The notes under the pieces were generated by a model, which saw only the letters and a list, made by a program, of their open reading frames with translations, made no database searches and had not been told where the DNA came from. A stretch of DNA of 32,000 nt, taken from assembly GCA_038889235.1 (NCBI GenBank), contig JAWAHN010000002.1, forward strand, positions 164,356-196,355. The letters are read 5' to 3'. The translations under genes and the position numbers were made by a program. The stretch's first letter is position 1. Every line of letters begins with the position of its first letter. The stretch is from Candidatus Jordarchaeales archaeon (GTDB lineage: Archaea; Asgardarchaeota; Jordiarchaeia; Jordiarchaeales; Freyrarchaeaceae). Positions 1-8,971 of the stretch are shown one piece after another.

Positions 1-1185
1 ACCGTCCTCGTAGAAGTGGGAGAAGTGTGCCATCATGGTTACTCCCGGATTTTTGGTCTCAACGGTCTTCTTAATCTCCCAGTAGAGTTCTTCGAGCTTA
101 TCGTAGGTCGCCGCGACGTCAACCGTGTCCGCTATTATATTGTATGACGACCTCAAGGGGTCAGGGTAGTACATGTCATATCTATGGTTCCACCAGTACT
201 CTGCAAGCTCCTTATCAACCTCCACACCACCCTCATTAAGACAAATTTCCGTGGCGATTCTCTCCTCTAACTCTACAATCTCCTTTAAGCCGTCAAATCC
301 CAGTATCAAGTATGATCCACCTTCAGGTATCTTTGCCCTCCCTTTAAGCGTAAACTGCGCGTCTAGGTAGTCGTAGAGGCGCACCACGCAGGGCTTTATT
401 CCCTTACGGAAGATTTTGATGACCGATTCTATTCCAGAGTGGAGATCCTTGAATATGAAAGCTTTAAACCTCCTCTCCTCTGGGAGAGGTTTTATCTTCA
501 ACGTCACCTCCGTTATTATTCCAAGCGTTCCCTCAGAGCCTATAAAGAGTTGCTTCAAATCCGGCCCCGTGGACGAGCGAGGTACTGGTTTCATCCTTAA
601 AATCTCACCCGTCGGTGTAACCACTTCGAGCCCAACAACCATGTCTTCAATTTTCCCATACTTCGACGAAAGTGACCCTGCAGAGCGACAGGCTACAAAG
701 CCCCCTACCGTTGAGCAGTACATTGATGCGGGGTAATGGGGGAGAGTGTAACCCATTTTATTTAGCTCTCTCTCTAAAACCTCTCCAAAGATTCCCGGCT
801 GCACGGTTACAAGTAACGACTTGTGATCTACGTTGAGTATCTTGTTCATCTTCTTTAGGTCTACTATTATGCCACCGTTTACCGGAATTGTTCCACCACA
901 GACACCAGCTCCTCCTCCGAAGGGTATCAAGGGGATCTTGAATCTATTAGCCAGCTTAACGATTTCCGAGACTTGCTTAGTGTTTTCAGGATGCACTATA
1001 AAATCTGGCTTCGGCAGCTCACCTCCACCTTTAATCCAAGGCACAAGTAACTGCCAAGTGTCACGTGAATAACACAGCGCATCGACCTCGTTGAAGTGAA
1101 CATTCTCTTTACCCACTATGCCGACCAGCTCTTCGTATATAATCTTCTTCTGTAACAGATCTCTTTTCCACGTGTTCAAACACAA
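1..1185 (-). CDS. Alkyl-dihydroxyacetonephosphate synthase (AGPS/YgcU)-like FAD-linked oxidoreductase, 3' end truncated by the window edge
   Basis: Not in the ORF track (no stop in window). Manual translation from TTG 1185 (alternative TTG 1179) gives an open frame of 395 codons to base 1: ...IYEELVGIVGKENV...PDFIVHPENTKQVSEIVKLANRFKIPLIPFGGGAGVCGG...HYPASMYCSTVGGFVACRSAGSLSSKYGKIEDMVVGLEVVTPTGE...VPRSSTGPDLKQLFIGSEGTLGIITEVTLKIKPLPE...AHFSHFYEDG. These are VAO/PCMH FAD_binding_4 motifs; PRxSTGPD and SxKYGxIED are typical of the AGPS-like branch. SD-like GGAGTGAGGGG just upstream. Confidence 0.88.
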   Translation of the reverse strand, partial: MCLNTWKRDLLQKKIIYEELVGIVGKENVHFNEVDALCYSRDTWQLLVPWIKGGGELPKPDFIVHPENTKQVSEIVKLANRFKIPLIPFGGGAGVCGGTIPVNGGIIVDLKKMNKILNVDHKSLLVTVQPGIFGEVLERELNKMGYTLPHYPASMYCSTVGGFVACRSAGSLSSKYGKIEDMVVGLEVVTPTGEILRMKPVPRSSTGPDLKQLFIGSEGTLGIITEVTLKIKPLPEERRFKAFIFKDLHSGIESVIKIFRKGIKPCVVRLYDYLDAQFTLKGRAKIPEGGSYLILGFDGLKEIVELEERIATEICLNEGGVEVDKELAEYWWNHRYDMYYPDPLRSSYNIIADTVDVAATYDKLEELYWEIKKTVETKNPGVTMMAHFSHFYEDG

Positions 1186-1191
1186 ACCCCC

Positions 1192-2412
1192 TCACTCCGA
1201 GTATATCCTCTTAGCCAGGAAAACTACGAAGTCGTCAACCGTCACGTTAATTCGTTTACGTGTAACACCCTCTGAAATGTTAATAGTGCAGAGGGGACAT
1301 GGCGTCACCAGGGATCCGATGTCAGACCTGGAAACCGCGTCAAGCCTCTTACTTCTTATCAGCGCGGAAACCGTCGGGTTATAGAACCTGAGCAAGCCAC
1401 CCGCTCCACAGCATTCACCGTCATCTTGTAGGATGACGTACTCAACATTTGGCAACGCCTCCAGTATTCTTTCAGCATAATCAATGGTGTATCTTCCAAC
1501 GTGCCTACCTAGGTGGCAGGATTGATGTAGCGCAACTTTAATTTTGTCGCCATTACGCGCCTTCTTACTTATCGCGTCAACACCAACCTCCTCAAACAGA
1601 AACTCGACTAAGTGTCTCACGCGGATGTCGTAGCCAAGCCGCTTAGCTGCCAACTTGAGCTCCGAAGTACACCCAGCACAAGTGGCGACAACCTCTCTCA
1701 CACCTATTTCCTCCATCTTCCCAAAAAAGTCCTGTTGCAGCTTGTCAGCCATCGCGACGTCCCCTGCAAGTCTCACCGGGAGGCCACAGCACTTCCAACC
1801 CTCTGGAATTCCGTAATATACTTCGAATGCCTCTAAGACGAGTTTTCCAGCCTCCTTAACCTCCAACAATTTAGCTTCAGCCTGGCACCCTGGAAAATAG
1901 GCTACCTGTCCCTCTTCCCTAAGAGGGACATCGCCTCTTAACGGTAACCCCAAAGCTTTAAGCCTCCACTCGACTCTCTCCTTCCTCTCCTCAGGGCTCA
2001 TAGGCTCAAATATGTAGCCGTATCTCGAAACGTTTTCCAGCAAGGATTTGAATTCTTCTGGCACTAGGTCGGGTCTTTGAACAAATATTTTCGCCCTAAG
2101 AAGCATAACCGCTTCCGGCACAGGAACATTTGTCGGGCACTTTTCCTGGCATCGTCCGCACAGCGTGCACATGTAGATTACCTCGCTCGCTCTCCAAAAC
2201 TCTCTGACATCTCTCGAGAGCTCGTCCGCTATCCCGCGTGGTCCAGGGTAAAACCTGCCTGTAGCCTCGAAAACAGGGCAGAATGTGAGGCACAACGAAC
2301 AATTCTGGCACTTCTCCACTTCACTATAAATTTCATCCTCATACAACGAGAAAACCACTATTTTCTCCTCTGCGAGCACTTTCTTTATGTGAATAACCTC
2401 TTTTCTCTCCAT
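1192..2412 (-). CDS. glpC: GlpC/HdrD-like Fe-S oxidoreductase (two 4Fe-4S motifs plus two CCG domains)
   Basis: CQNCSLCLTFCP and CTLCGRCQEKCP ferredoxin motifs; YFPGC, KCCG, CAGC, HQSCH, ECCGAGG and CPLC CCG-domain motifs; directly downstream of glpB. Confidence 0.85.
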   Translation of the reverse strand: MERKEVIHIKKVLAEEKIVVFSLYEDEIYSEVEKCQNCSLCLTFCPVFEATGRFYPGPRGIADELSRDVREFWRASEVIYMCTLCGRCQEKCPTNVPVPEAVMLLRAKIFVQRPDLVPEEFKSLLENVSRYGYIFEPMSPEERKERVEWRLKALGLPLRGDVPLREEGQVAYFPGCQAEAKLLEVKEAGKLVLEAFEVYYGIPEGWKCCGLPVRLAGDVAMADKLQQDFFGKMEEIGVREVVATCAGCTSELKLAAKRLGYDIRVRHLVEFLFEEVGVDAISKKARNGDKIKVALHQSCHLGRHVGRYTIDYAERILEALPNVEYVILQDDGECCGAGGLLRFYNPTVSALIRSKRLDAVSRSDIGSLVTPCPLCTINISEGVTRKRINVTVDDFVVFLAKRIYSE

Positions 2413-2425
2413 AACTCCCCCCCTT

Positions 2426-3748
2426 TTAGCTCGCCTGCATCGCTGCCTCCTCTCCTGCTATATAACCCGTAACTGCCGCAACGCCCATCCCGCTCTTCTC
2501 CCTCACATAGTTGTAACCTGAAATTATGGATCCCGCAACAAACAAGTTGTCGTATAGTGTTTTGTCACCCATAACGGGCTTCATATGTGCGTTAACCCTA
2601 ACACCGCAACCCATGAGGGGATGTCCTTCCGCAGGAAAGACCTCTTTAGACAGGAGGTGTGCTATTTTTCGCTTCCCCAACGGCTCTCCTTTCTCGTCGT
2701 AAAGTGGGAGTCCGAACACGGTTTCCCTTATTCTGTCCTCCTCTTCCACAAGTCCTCCTCCAACGAACTTCCCAGTTGCTAAAATATACGCCTCAGCTAT
2801 TGCGGTGAAAACCTTCTCTCCCGATTTAACTTTTAAGTTCACAACGCGCCCCCCTTCCTTTTCGAACCCGACAGCTTTATACCCCCTAAGGATTCTTACT
2901 CCTTTTTCCACAGCCTTCCTTTCAAGCGCGCTCATTAGTCTCTGAGCTGGCACTGACGGGGGCGGTGACAGCAGCTCGAACATGGTCACCCCTATTTCTC
3001 TTTCTAGCGCTTCCACGTTTCCCTGCGGCCTCCTCAACCCAAGTGTCGGGAGAGCTACGTGTGAAGCGCCACTTTCGGACACTATACCGCTAAGTTTCTC
3101 AGCCAACTCCATCTTAAACTCGTCCCCATCCATTACCCTCGCCAACTCTACAGTCGTCAGGTTTACTTCTCTTAAACTCGGGAAGGAAAGTCTAACACCT
3201 ACCACTTTTTCAATTTTGACGTTGAGTTTAGATGCAAAGTGTTTGAAACTCAAAGAGCAGAAGTTTGGGTTAAAGCTGGATAAGCCCTCAAATCCCACGA
3301 CGAGCAGCCTAGCTCCATCTAACTTCTCTAGCACCCCTCCCTTCATCGGCAACTGGTAAAAACAGGTAACCTTGAAGCTCCCCATAGTGTTTAGAAGCAC
3401 AACATTTCTATTGAGGTCTCCTCTTATCTCAGCTTCTCGGCCAGAAACCATCCTCGAAAGATACTCGACAGCTTCTCTAACAGCCTCGACAACATCCCTC
3501 TCACTCGAGATAACCGAGTAAGGGTGCGTCGGCGAGCATTCAACTGTTTGTGCTATTCCATCAATGGGGTTTAAAACTAAGCCTCCTCCTGGGGGACACC
3601 CCATGATATCGATGACTCCGGAGGACTGATAGCTGGCTCCTGAACCTTTTTCGATGACGACAACATCTAGTTTTTCGTCAGCCGCTCTTGTTGCAGCCAG
3701 TATACCTGCTAGCCCGCCGCCTATTACGATCACATCAGCCTCGATCAA
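2426..3748 (-). CDS. glpB: Anaerobic glycerol-3-phosphate dehydrogenase subunit B-like flavoprotein
   Basis: DVIVIGGGLAG FAD motif, SSGVIDIMG, PPSVPAQRL, ILATGKFVGGGL, NLFVAGSIISG, SGMGVAAVTGY; TTG start overlaps the glpA stop (TTGA). Confidence 0.9.
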   Translation of the reverse strand: MIEADVIVIGGGLAGILAATRAADEKLDVVVIEKGSGASYQSSGVIDIMGCPPGGGLVLNPIDGIAQTVECSPTHPYSVISSERDVVEAVREAVEYLSRMVSGREAEIRGDLNRNVVLLNTMGSFKVTCFYQLPMKGGVLEKLDGARLLVVGFEGLSSFNPNFCSLSFKHFASKLNVKIEKVVGVRLSFPSLREVNLTTVELARVMDGDEFKMELAEKLSGIVSESGASHVALPTLGLRRPQGNVEALEREIGVTMFELLSPPPSVPAQRLMSALERKAVEKGVRILRGYKAVGFEKEGGRVVNLKVKSGEKVFTAIAEAYILATGKFVGGGLVEEEDRIRETVFGLPLYDEKGEPLGKRKIAHLLSKEVFPAEGHPLMGCGVRVNAHMKPVMGDKTLYDNLFVAGSIISGYNYVREKSGMGVAAVTGYIAGEEAAMQAS

Positions 3749-5391
3749 GTAGCCGCTCCCCTCACAACATCCATTGATCCAACAGAAGCATACGCTGCCT
3801 GGGAAATCTCATACTCAATAAGCTGACTTCCTCTTAAAACGATGGAGTGCCCTTTCCACCTTTCCGCCAGAAATTCCTTAAGCTCTCTGAACGCCTCGTC
3901 AACCCCTAATCCCCTCTCCTCCGCCAGTATTGCCATCGCCTTGAACCCGCACGAGAACCCTTGACACGGACCCATACCCATCCTAGTTCTCCTACGCAGC
4001 GCGTCTAAAGTCAACCCCCACTCGTTTCTTATCACATACCTTAACTCGGCCTCCGTTACCGCTTCGCACAGGCATATGCTCGTGAGACGGCTTCTCTCTT
4101 TACTAGTCTCGGACAAGATGACGTTAGCCAGCGTGCCCTGCCTTGAAACGAGGCGCCCAGCTGTGTGTGGTGATATGTTGTGTTTCGAGGCCAGTTCTTC
4201 CACGTTAACCTTTCCATCTGCTCCGGGTAGTGGCTCCAAGTGAGTTCTACACTCAGCTTCGCAGCCAAGTTTTTCACAAACCAGATCTGTTATCTTTTCA
4301 GCCATAGCTCGGCATACTACCAGTTTTCCTCCTTCGACACTTATCAACCCTTTAACTCCATCCCTTTCCTCGTGGTCGACCACTCTGAAGTTCCTAGTCA
4401 CATCTCCCTCGGGTATCCACCACTGTGCAATTAGAGGTCTAACCCCGCACATAACCCTGATTATACGTGCTTTCCTTATGGATGGGACGGCCATCTCCAT
4501 GCTAGAAATTAGGTACTCTATTTCGTCGTACGTCGCCTCAGCCTCGTCCGGGCTCGTAAATATGTCTAATGCAGTCGTGCCCAAAATAGATCCAGTCTCA
4601 TGGGGGAAGAGGTATACCGTCCTACCATCTAATGCCTGGCATATTATCCCAAACCTCGTAATCCTCCTGTCAAAAATGACGTGTGCCCCCTTGTTGAGCC
4701 TCAATGTTTGTTTAATCCCAACCATCCTCGAAATCTCAGGAACCCACGCTCCCGCAGCGTTCACCACGATCTTACCTTTAACCTCATACTCCCTTCCAGT
4801 CATCCTGTCCTTTACCTTAACTCCATAAACTTCCCCGCCCTTGCACAGTATGTCGATTACCTCTGTGTAAGTCCTTATTTCTGCTCCATGCTGCTTAGCT
4901 GAGAGAGCTGTAAGAATCGTCAGCCTGAACGGGTCAATGAACATCTCGTCAAAATAAGCTGCGAGGATTATGTTAGGGCTCAACTTGGGCTCAAGCTCTC
5001 TAGCTTCTTGAGGCGTCAGAACTAGAACTGGGCTTGCCTGCCTTTTCTCAGTCAGAGTGCCATATTTTTCGACGAAGCTCGCCTTTCGCTTTATTTCTTC
5101 CTCGGTCAATATCGCAGTTATTATGGGAGTCCTAAAGACTATGTGGCCTGCTATGCGTGAAAGCGTCACTACTTCCGACGTACACATCTCTGAGAATTCC
5201 GGCTCCTGAAGAACATACTTTGTTCCTCCACTAATCATGCCGGCACAAGCTCCTGTGGCTCCAGAAGCCAGGTCTCCTCTCTCAAAAAGAATGGTTTTGA
5301 AGCCCCGCATGGCACAGTCTCTCGCGACACTAGTACCCGTTGAGCCTCCACCAATAACTATGACGTCGTACTCGTCCATGAAAACCACCAT
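3745..5391 (-). CDS. glpA: Anaerobic glycerol-3-phosphate dehydrogenase subunit A-like flavoprotein with C-terminal BFD-like [2Fe-2S] domain
   Basis: DVIVIGGGSTG, ARDCAMRG, IDPFRLT, VVNAAGAW, GVRPL, DHEERDG, GGKL; C-terminal CLCE...RRRTRMGMGPCQGFSC. Start probably ATG 5391 or 5379 rather than 5412, which overlaps the upstream stop. Confidence 0.88.
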   Translation of the reverse strand: MVVFMDEYDVIVIGGGSTGTSVARDCAMRGFKTILFERGDLASGATGACAGMISGGTKYVLQEPEFSEMCTSEVVTLSRIAGHIVFRTPIITAILTEEEIKRKASFVEKYGTLTEKRQASPVLVLTPQEARELEPKLSPNIILAAYFDEMFIDPFRLTILTALSAKQHGAEIRTYTEVIDILCKGGEVYGVKVKDRMTGREYEVKGKIVVNAAGAWVPEISRMVGIKQTLRLNKGAHVIFDRRITRFGIICQALDGRTVYLFPHETGSILGTTALDIFTSPDEAEATYDEIEYLISSMEMAVPSIRKARIIRVMCGVRPLIAQWWIPEGDVTRNFRVVDHEERDGVKGLISVEGGKLVVCRAMAEKITDLVCEKLGCEAECRTHLEPLPGADGKVNVEELASKHNISPHTAGRLVSRQGTLANVILSETSKERSRLTSICLCEAVTEAELRYVIRNEWGLTLDALRRRTRMGMGPCQGFSCGFKAMAILAEERGLGVDEAFRELKEFLAERWKGHSIVLRGSQLIEYEISQAAYASVGSMDVVRGAAT

Positions 5392-5401
5392 TGAGCTAGC
5401 T

Positions 5402-6862
5402 TTACTTCGCAACCTCAGAATAACTAGATAGCAGAAGTTTCATAAAAACAGGATGCATCTCGTCGTATACCTTCTTGTTCTCCAACCTAGGCTCTCTTAC
5501 CTCCACGAGTTTAACCATGGACTCAACAGCTTTTTCCAATGTCGGGAAAAGTTTAACGCCGATAGAGGCTAGTATGGCGGCTCCGAGCGCTCCAGCCTCC
5601 TCAACATGAGGGGCAACAACTCTCTTACCCGTTATATCTGCCTGTATCTGCCTCCAAAGCTTCGACCTAGCCCCTCCACCATCTACCCTTAATTCCTCAA
5701 CTGTTATGCCCATCCCGGAGATCATCTCTAAAAGTCCCCTTATGCCAAACCCGTTACTCTCCATTATGGCTCTAACTATGTGTTTCCTGCTGTGGGCAAA
5801 TGATAGGTTGTGGATAGACCCTTTGCCAAAGTTAAACAAAGGTATTATGATGAGCCCGTCTGATCCTGGGCTAACCGTTTCAGCTTCGTCTTCAAGTATG
5901 CTGTACGCGTCGACGCCGACATCCTCGGCCACTCTTTTCTCTAAGTGGCCGAAGTTGTCGCGGAACCATCTGAGTATCCTTCCCGTTCCCGGAATAACTC
6001 CCTCCAGAACCCACTTTCCTTCTATAACGTGGGGTAGCGTAAAGAGTATGCCGAATGGATCGTATATGGGCTTATCCAAGAGTACATCGATGAAGGTGCC
6101 AGTGCCCGTAGTAACCTTAGCTATTCCATGCTTCACAGCTCCCACTCCGACACATGAACACTGCTGATCTCCACCACCCAGAACCACAGGGGTACCTGCT
6201 TTAAGCCCGGTCTCCTTAGAAGCCTCACTGGTCACTTCCCCAATTACTTTCCCCGAAGGGGAAACGTCAACCCACTTGTCTAAGGGGATACCTATCTCAT
6301 CAGCTAACTTCTCATCCCAAGTGAGCTTTTCAACGTCAAATGGACCGTAGAAAGCGTTCGAAAAGTCCGACACAAAGGACCCTGCTAACTTGAAGTAGAA
6401 GTAGGAGTCAACGAACGAAAACTTGAAAGTTTCTTCGAATACAAATGGCAGATTATCCCTTATCCAAAGGACTTTTTTCAGACTCTCTCTTTGTCCTATT
6501 CTATCTTTCAACTTTTGTGCTGATTGCGAGGTACGAGCATCCATCCATGTAATCGCCCTATATAATGGCTTACCATTCCTATCTACAGGGAAAACTGTTG
6601 CTCTTTGTGTGCAAACACTAACAGCAGTCACATCAGCCGGAGAGACACGCGCATTCTTTAATGCGATCTGTATAGCCCTGCAAGCGGCATTCCACCATTT
6701 CTCTGGAACCTGCTCAGCCTGTCCTGGAAGCTCCGAAATTGTAGGATACTCCTCGTAACTGCCCCCTAGAATGAAACCATTAAGGTTAAATAGCAATGCG
6801 CGAACACCCGTAGTTCCTACATCAAAAACCCCTATTACCTCTCCCTTCCTTTCCAAACCCAC
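5402..6862 (-). CDS. FGGY-family carbohydrate kinase (glycerol kinase/xylulokinase-like)
   Basis: FDVGTTGVR, TQRAT, WMDART, GGDQQ, TTGTGTF, DGGGARS motifs; GTG start with GGTGAG SD; first gene of the glp-like operon. Confidence 0.9.
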   Translation of the reverse strand: MGLERKGEVIGVFDVGTTGVRALLFNLNGFILGGSYEEYPTISELPGQAEQVPEKWWNAACRAIQIALKNARVSPADVTAVSVCTQRATVFPVDRNGKPLYRAITWMDARTSQSAQKLKDRIGQRESLKKVLWIRDNLPFVFEETFKFSFVDSYFYFKLAGSFVSDFSNAFYGPFDVEKLTWDEKLADEIGIPLDKWVDVSPSGKVIGEVTSEASKETGLKAGTPVVLGGGDQQCSCVGVGAVKHGIAKVTTGTGTFIDVLLDKPIYDPFGILFTLPHVIEGKWVLEGVIPGTGRILRWFRDNFGHLEKRVAEDVGVDAYSILEDEAETVSPGSDGLIIIPLFNFGKGSIHNLSFAHSRKHIVRAIMESNGFGIRGLLEMISGMGITVEELRVDGGGARSKLWRQIQADITGKRVVAPHVEEAGALGAAILASIGVKLFPTLEKAVESMVKLVEVREPRLENKKVYDEMHPVFMKLLLSSYSEVAK

Positions 6863-6911
6863 TTCTCACCTGCGCCACATAACGTAGTAACCTTTCCTTA
6901 TCTGTGCTCTC

Positions 6912-6928
6912 ATTTATAACACTTTCTC
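6912..6928 (-). promoter_or_regulatory. Candidate BRE/TATA promoter of the glp-like operon
   Basis: Minus strand reads GAGAAAGTG-TTATAAAT, a purine-rich BRE-like stretch followed by a TATA box about 50 nt upstream of the kinase start. Confidence 0.5.
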
Positions 6929-7175
6929 AATACTTTCAAAGAAATTTTAGGTGTCGTCTCTAAGGAAAAGGAGAACTTACGCGTTTCAAAGGTTTCTCAC
7001 TTGCTAGCAGGTTTTTGGACGTGCCGGAGTTCTCCACTACCCTCGGTGGCTTACGCAGCTAAGCGAAGCATTAATCTTATCTTATCTAATTTTCCGGAGG
7101 TTTGCTTCCTCAAAGAGTTTAAAATGGATGTTTGATGTTAGATTCTTCGTAGAAATGAACGGTGGTTGACCTTCA

Positions 7176-8216
7176 TTGATGGACACGCTCTCCCTGCTCA
7201 AGAGACTTCTCTCTGTCCCCAGTGTCTCTGGTTTTGAAGATGAGTTCTCGGAGGTCATTGCCTCTCTTATAGAGAACTTTGTTGACGAACTAGAAGTAGA
7301 CAGGGTGGGAAATGTCATAGCAAAAGTTGGCGGAGAAGGCAAGGAAAGAGTTTTAGTGGATGCACACATGGACGAAGTTGGGTTGATAGTTAAAGCCATA
7401 GACGAAAACGGCTTCATTCGTTTCACAACTCTTGGAGGAATAGATAACCGGATTCTTCCTGCTCAGAGAGTTGTCATACACACCTCGAAAGGAATGGTCA
7501 AGGGAGTTATCGCTGCAATCCCTCCACACTTTACGTCTGAGAAGGAACGCGAAAGAGTGCTCAGTGTCGACGAACTCTTCATAGATATTGGTGCGTCGAG
7601 CATGGAAGAAGTACGTGAATCGGGCGTCCGCATTTCAGACCCGATATCTTTTGACTGTGATTTGGAGAAGCTCGTTGGAGGGCGCATCTGTGGTCGTGGC
7701 TTTGACAACAAACTAGGATGCGTTGTAGCAGTGAGAGCCCTCCACGAACTGCACGAGCAAGAGACTACTCCCAACGCTGAATTGTACTTTTCCTTCAGCG
7801 TGGAGGAAGAGAGAGGTCTCAGAGGAGCAAAACCAGCTGCTTTTAGAGTGAACCCTACACTTGCCATACCTCTCGATACGACTGGAGCAGCTGACTATCC
7901 AGGTGTTAAGCCATTCATCTCTACGGTCGTGTTAGGGAAGGGTCCTGTAATAAGAGCTGCGGACAGAGCTTTTATCGCAGACCGTTCACTGAAAGAATTT
8001 CTGATAAGAGTGGCTGAAGAAAACAAGATTCCCTACCAAGTCGGAGTGGTTATGGGAACCACAAACGCGACAGCAATACAACTCGCGAGGGAAGGCGTGG
8101 CAACCTGCCCGCTCTGTGTGCCTGTCCGTTACGCTCACTCTCCCGTTGAAGTAGCAGATCTCTCAGACATAGAAAATACCATAAAATTGCTCGTTAAGGC
8201 ATTAATTTCGATATAA
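7176..8216 (+). CDS. M42-family metallo-aminopeptidase (TET/FrvX-like)
   Basis: DAHMDEVG, LGGID, GRGFDNKLGC, VEEERGLRGA, YAHSPVE metal-ligand motifs; start may be ATG 7179. Confidence 0.92.
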   Translation: MMDTLSLLKRLLSVPSVSGFEDEFSEVIASLIENFVDELEVDRVGNVIAKVGGEGKERVLVDAHMDEVGLIVKAIDENGFIRFTTLGGIDNRILPAQRVVIHTSKGMVKGVIAAIPPHFTSEKERERVLSVDELFIDIGASSMEEVRESGVRISDPISFDCDLEKLVGGRICGRGFDNKLGCVVAVRALHELHEQETTPNAELYFSFSVEEERGLRGAKPAAFRVNPTLAIPLDTTGAADYPGVKPFISTVVLGKGPVIRAADRAFIADRSLKEFLIRVAEENKIPYQVGVVMGTTNATAIQLAREGVATCPLCVPVRYAHSPVEVADLSDIENTIKLLVKALISI

Positions 8217-8411
8217 CATTACCTCTCATTTTAAAGAAAAATCACCATTTTTACTCAATTGTTTACTATTTTTCAGGTTTGTTGTTCAAGATTTTACGGT
8301 CTTATTCCAGTAAATTTAAAAATAATTCCGTAATTTATTATATTAGTCCTCCTCTAGTTGTTGTGATGCGAGATTTCGTCATCGAAATATTTTCGCTTTA
8401 AAAATTGTAAG

Positions 8412-8951
8412 GTGTTGCACTTGAGCCAGGCAAAATACATTTTTAAAATAGTTGTCGTGGGGGATGGTGCGGTAGGAAAAACCAGTCTAATTAAGCGTTA
8501 TACTGAGGAGTCCTTTCAATCGGATTACATAATGACCATTGGAGCAAATTTTGCTGTTAAGAACGTTGAAGTTGATGGAATCTTAATAAAGCTTCAAATA
8601 TGGGACTTGGCTGGGCAGCCTCACTTTAAGGAGGTGCGCTCCTCATTCTATAAAGGAGCTGTAGGAGTCATGTATGTCTTTGACGTTTGCCGCCCAGAAA
8701 GTTGTGTTAACCTGTTAAACTGGAAAGAGGAACTCGTAAAGGTGTGCGGAGAGGTTCCAGGCGTCCTCCTTGCTAACAAAATAGATTTAGAAGAGCATCG
8801 GAAAGTCACTGTTGATATGGGAAAAGAGCTCGCCGCACGTCTTGGCGGGATCCCCTACTTTGAAACAAGCGCCCTAACAGGTGCTGGAGTGAGGGAAGCC
8901 TTCCAAAAAATTGCGGAACTCGCATACGAAGCGGTGACGAAGAAGAAATGA
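8412..8951 (+). CDS. Rab-like Ras-superfamily small GTPase (eukaryotic signature protein)
   Basis: G1 GDGAVGKTS, G2 MTIG, G3 WDLAGQ, G4 NKID, G5 ETSAL; RabF-like segments IGANF, KLQIW, FYKGA; no C-terminal cysteine. Confidence 0.95.
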   Translation: MLHLSQAKYIFKIVVVGDGAVGKTSLIKRYTEESFQSDYIMTIGANFAVKNVEVDGILIKLQIWDLAGQPHFKEVRSSFYKGAVGVMYVFDVCRPESCVNLLNWKEELVKVCGEVPGVLLANKIDLEEHRKVTVDMGKELAARLGGIPYFETSALTGAGVREAFQKIAELAYEAVTKKK

Positions 8952-8971
8952 TGTTAAAAATTTGCCTCCTC

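Noticed and set aside
173-1384. Plus-strand ORFs in the track at 173, 416, 833 and 1118
   Set aside because: Antisense shadows of the minus-strand AGPS-like gene and glpC; Ser/Pro/Thr-rich with no motifs.
5402-6862. Assigning the gene symbol glpK from operon context
   Set aside because: GlpK glycerol-contact residues appear changed or missing, so only the FGGY family call is supported.
8373-8395. Overlapping short palindromes (ATTTCG/CGAAAT and CGAAA/TTTCG) upstream of the GTPase
   Set aside because: Arms of only 5-6 bp in AT-rich DNA; too weak to call a switch or operator.
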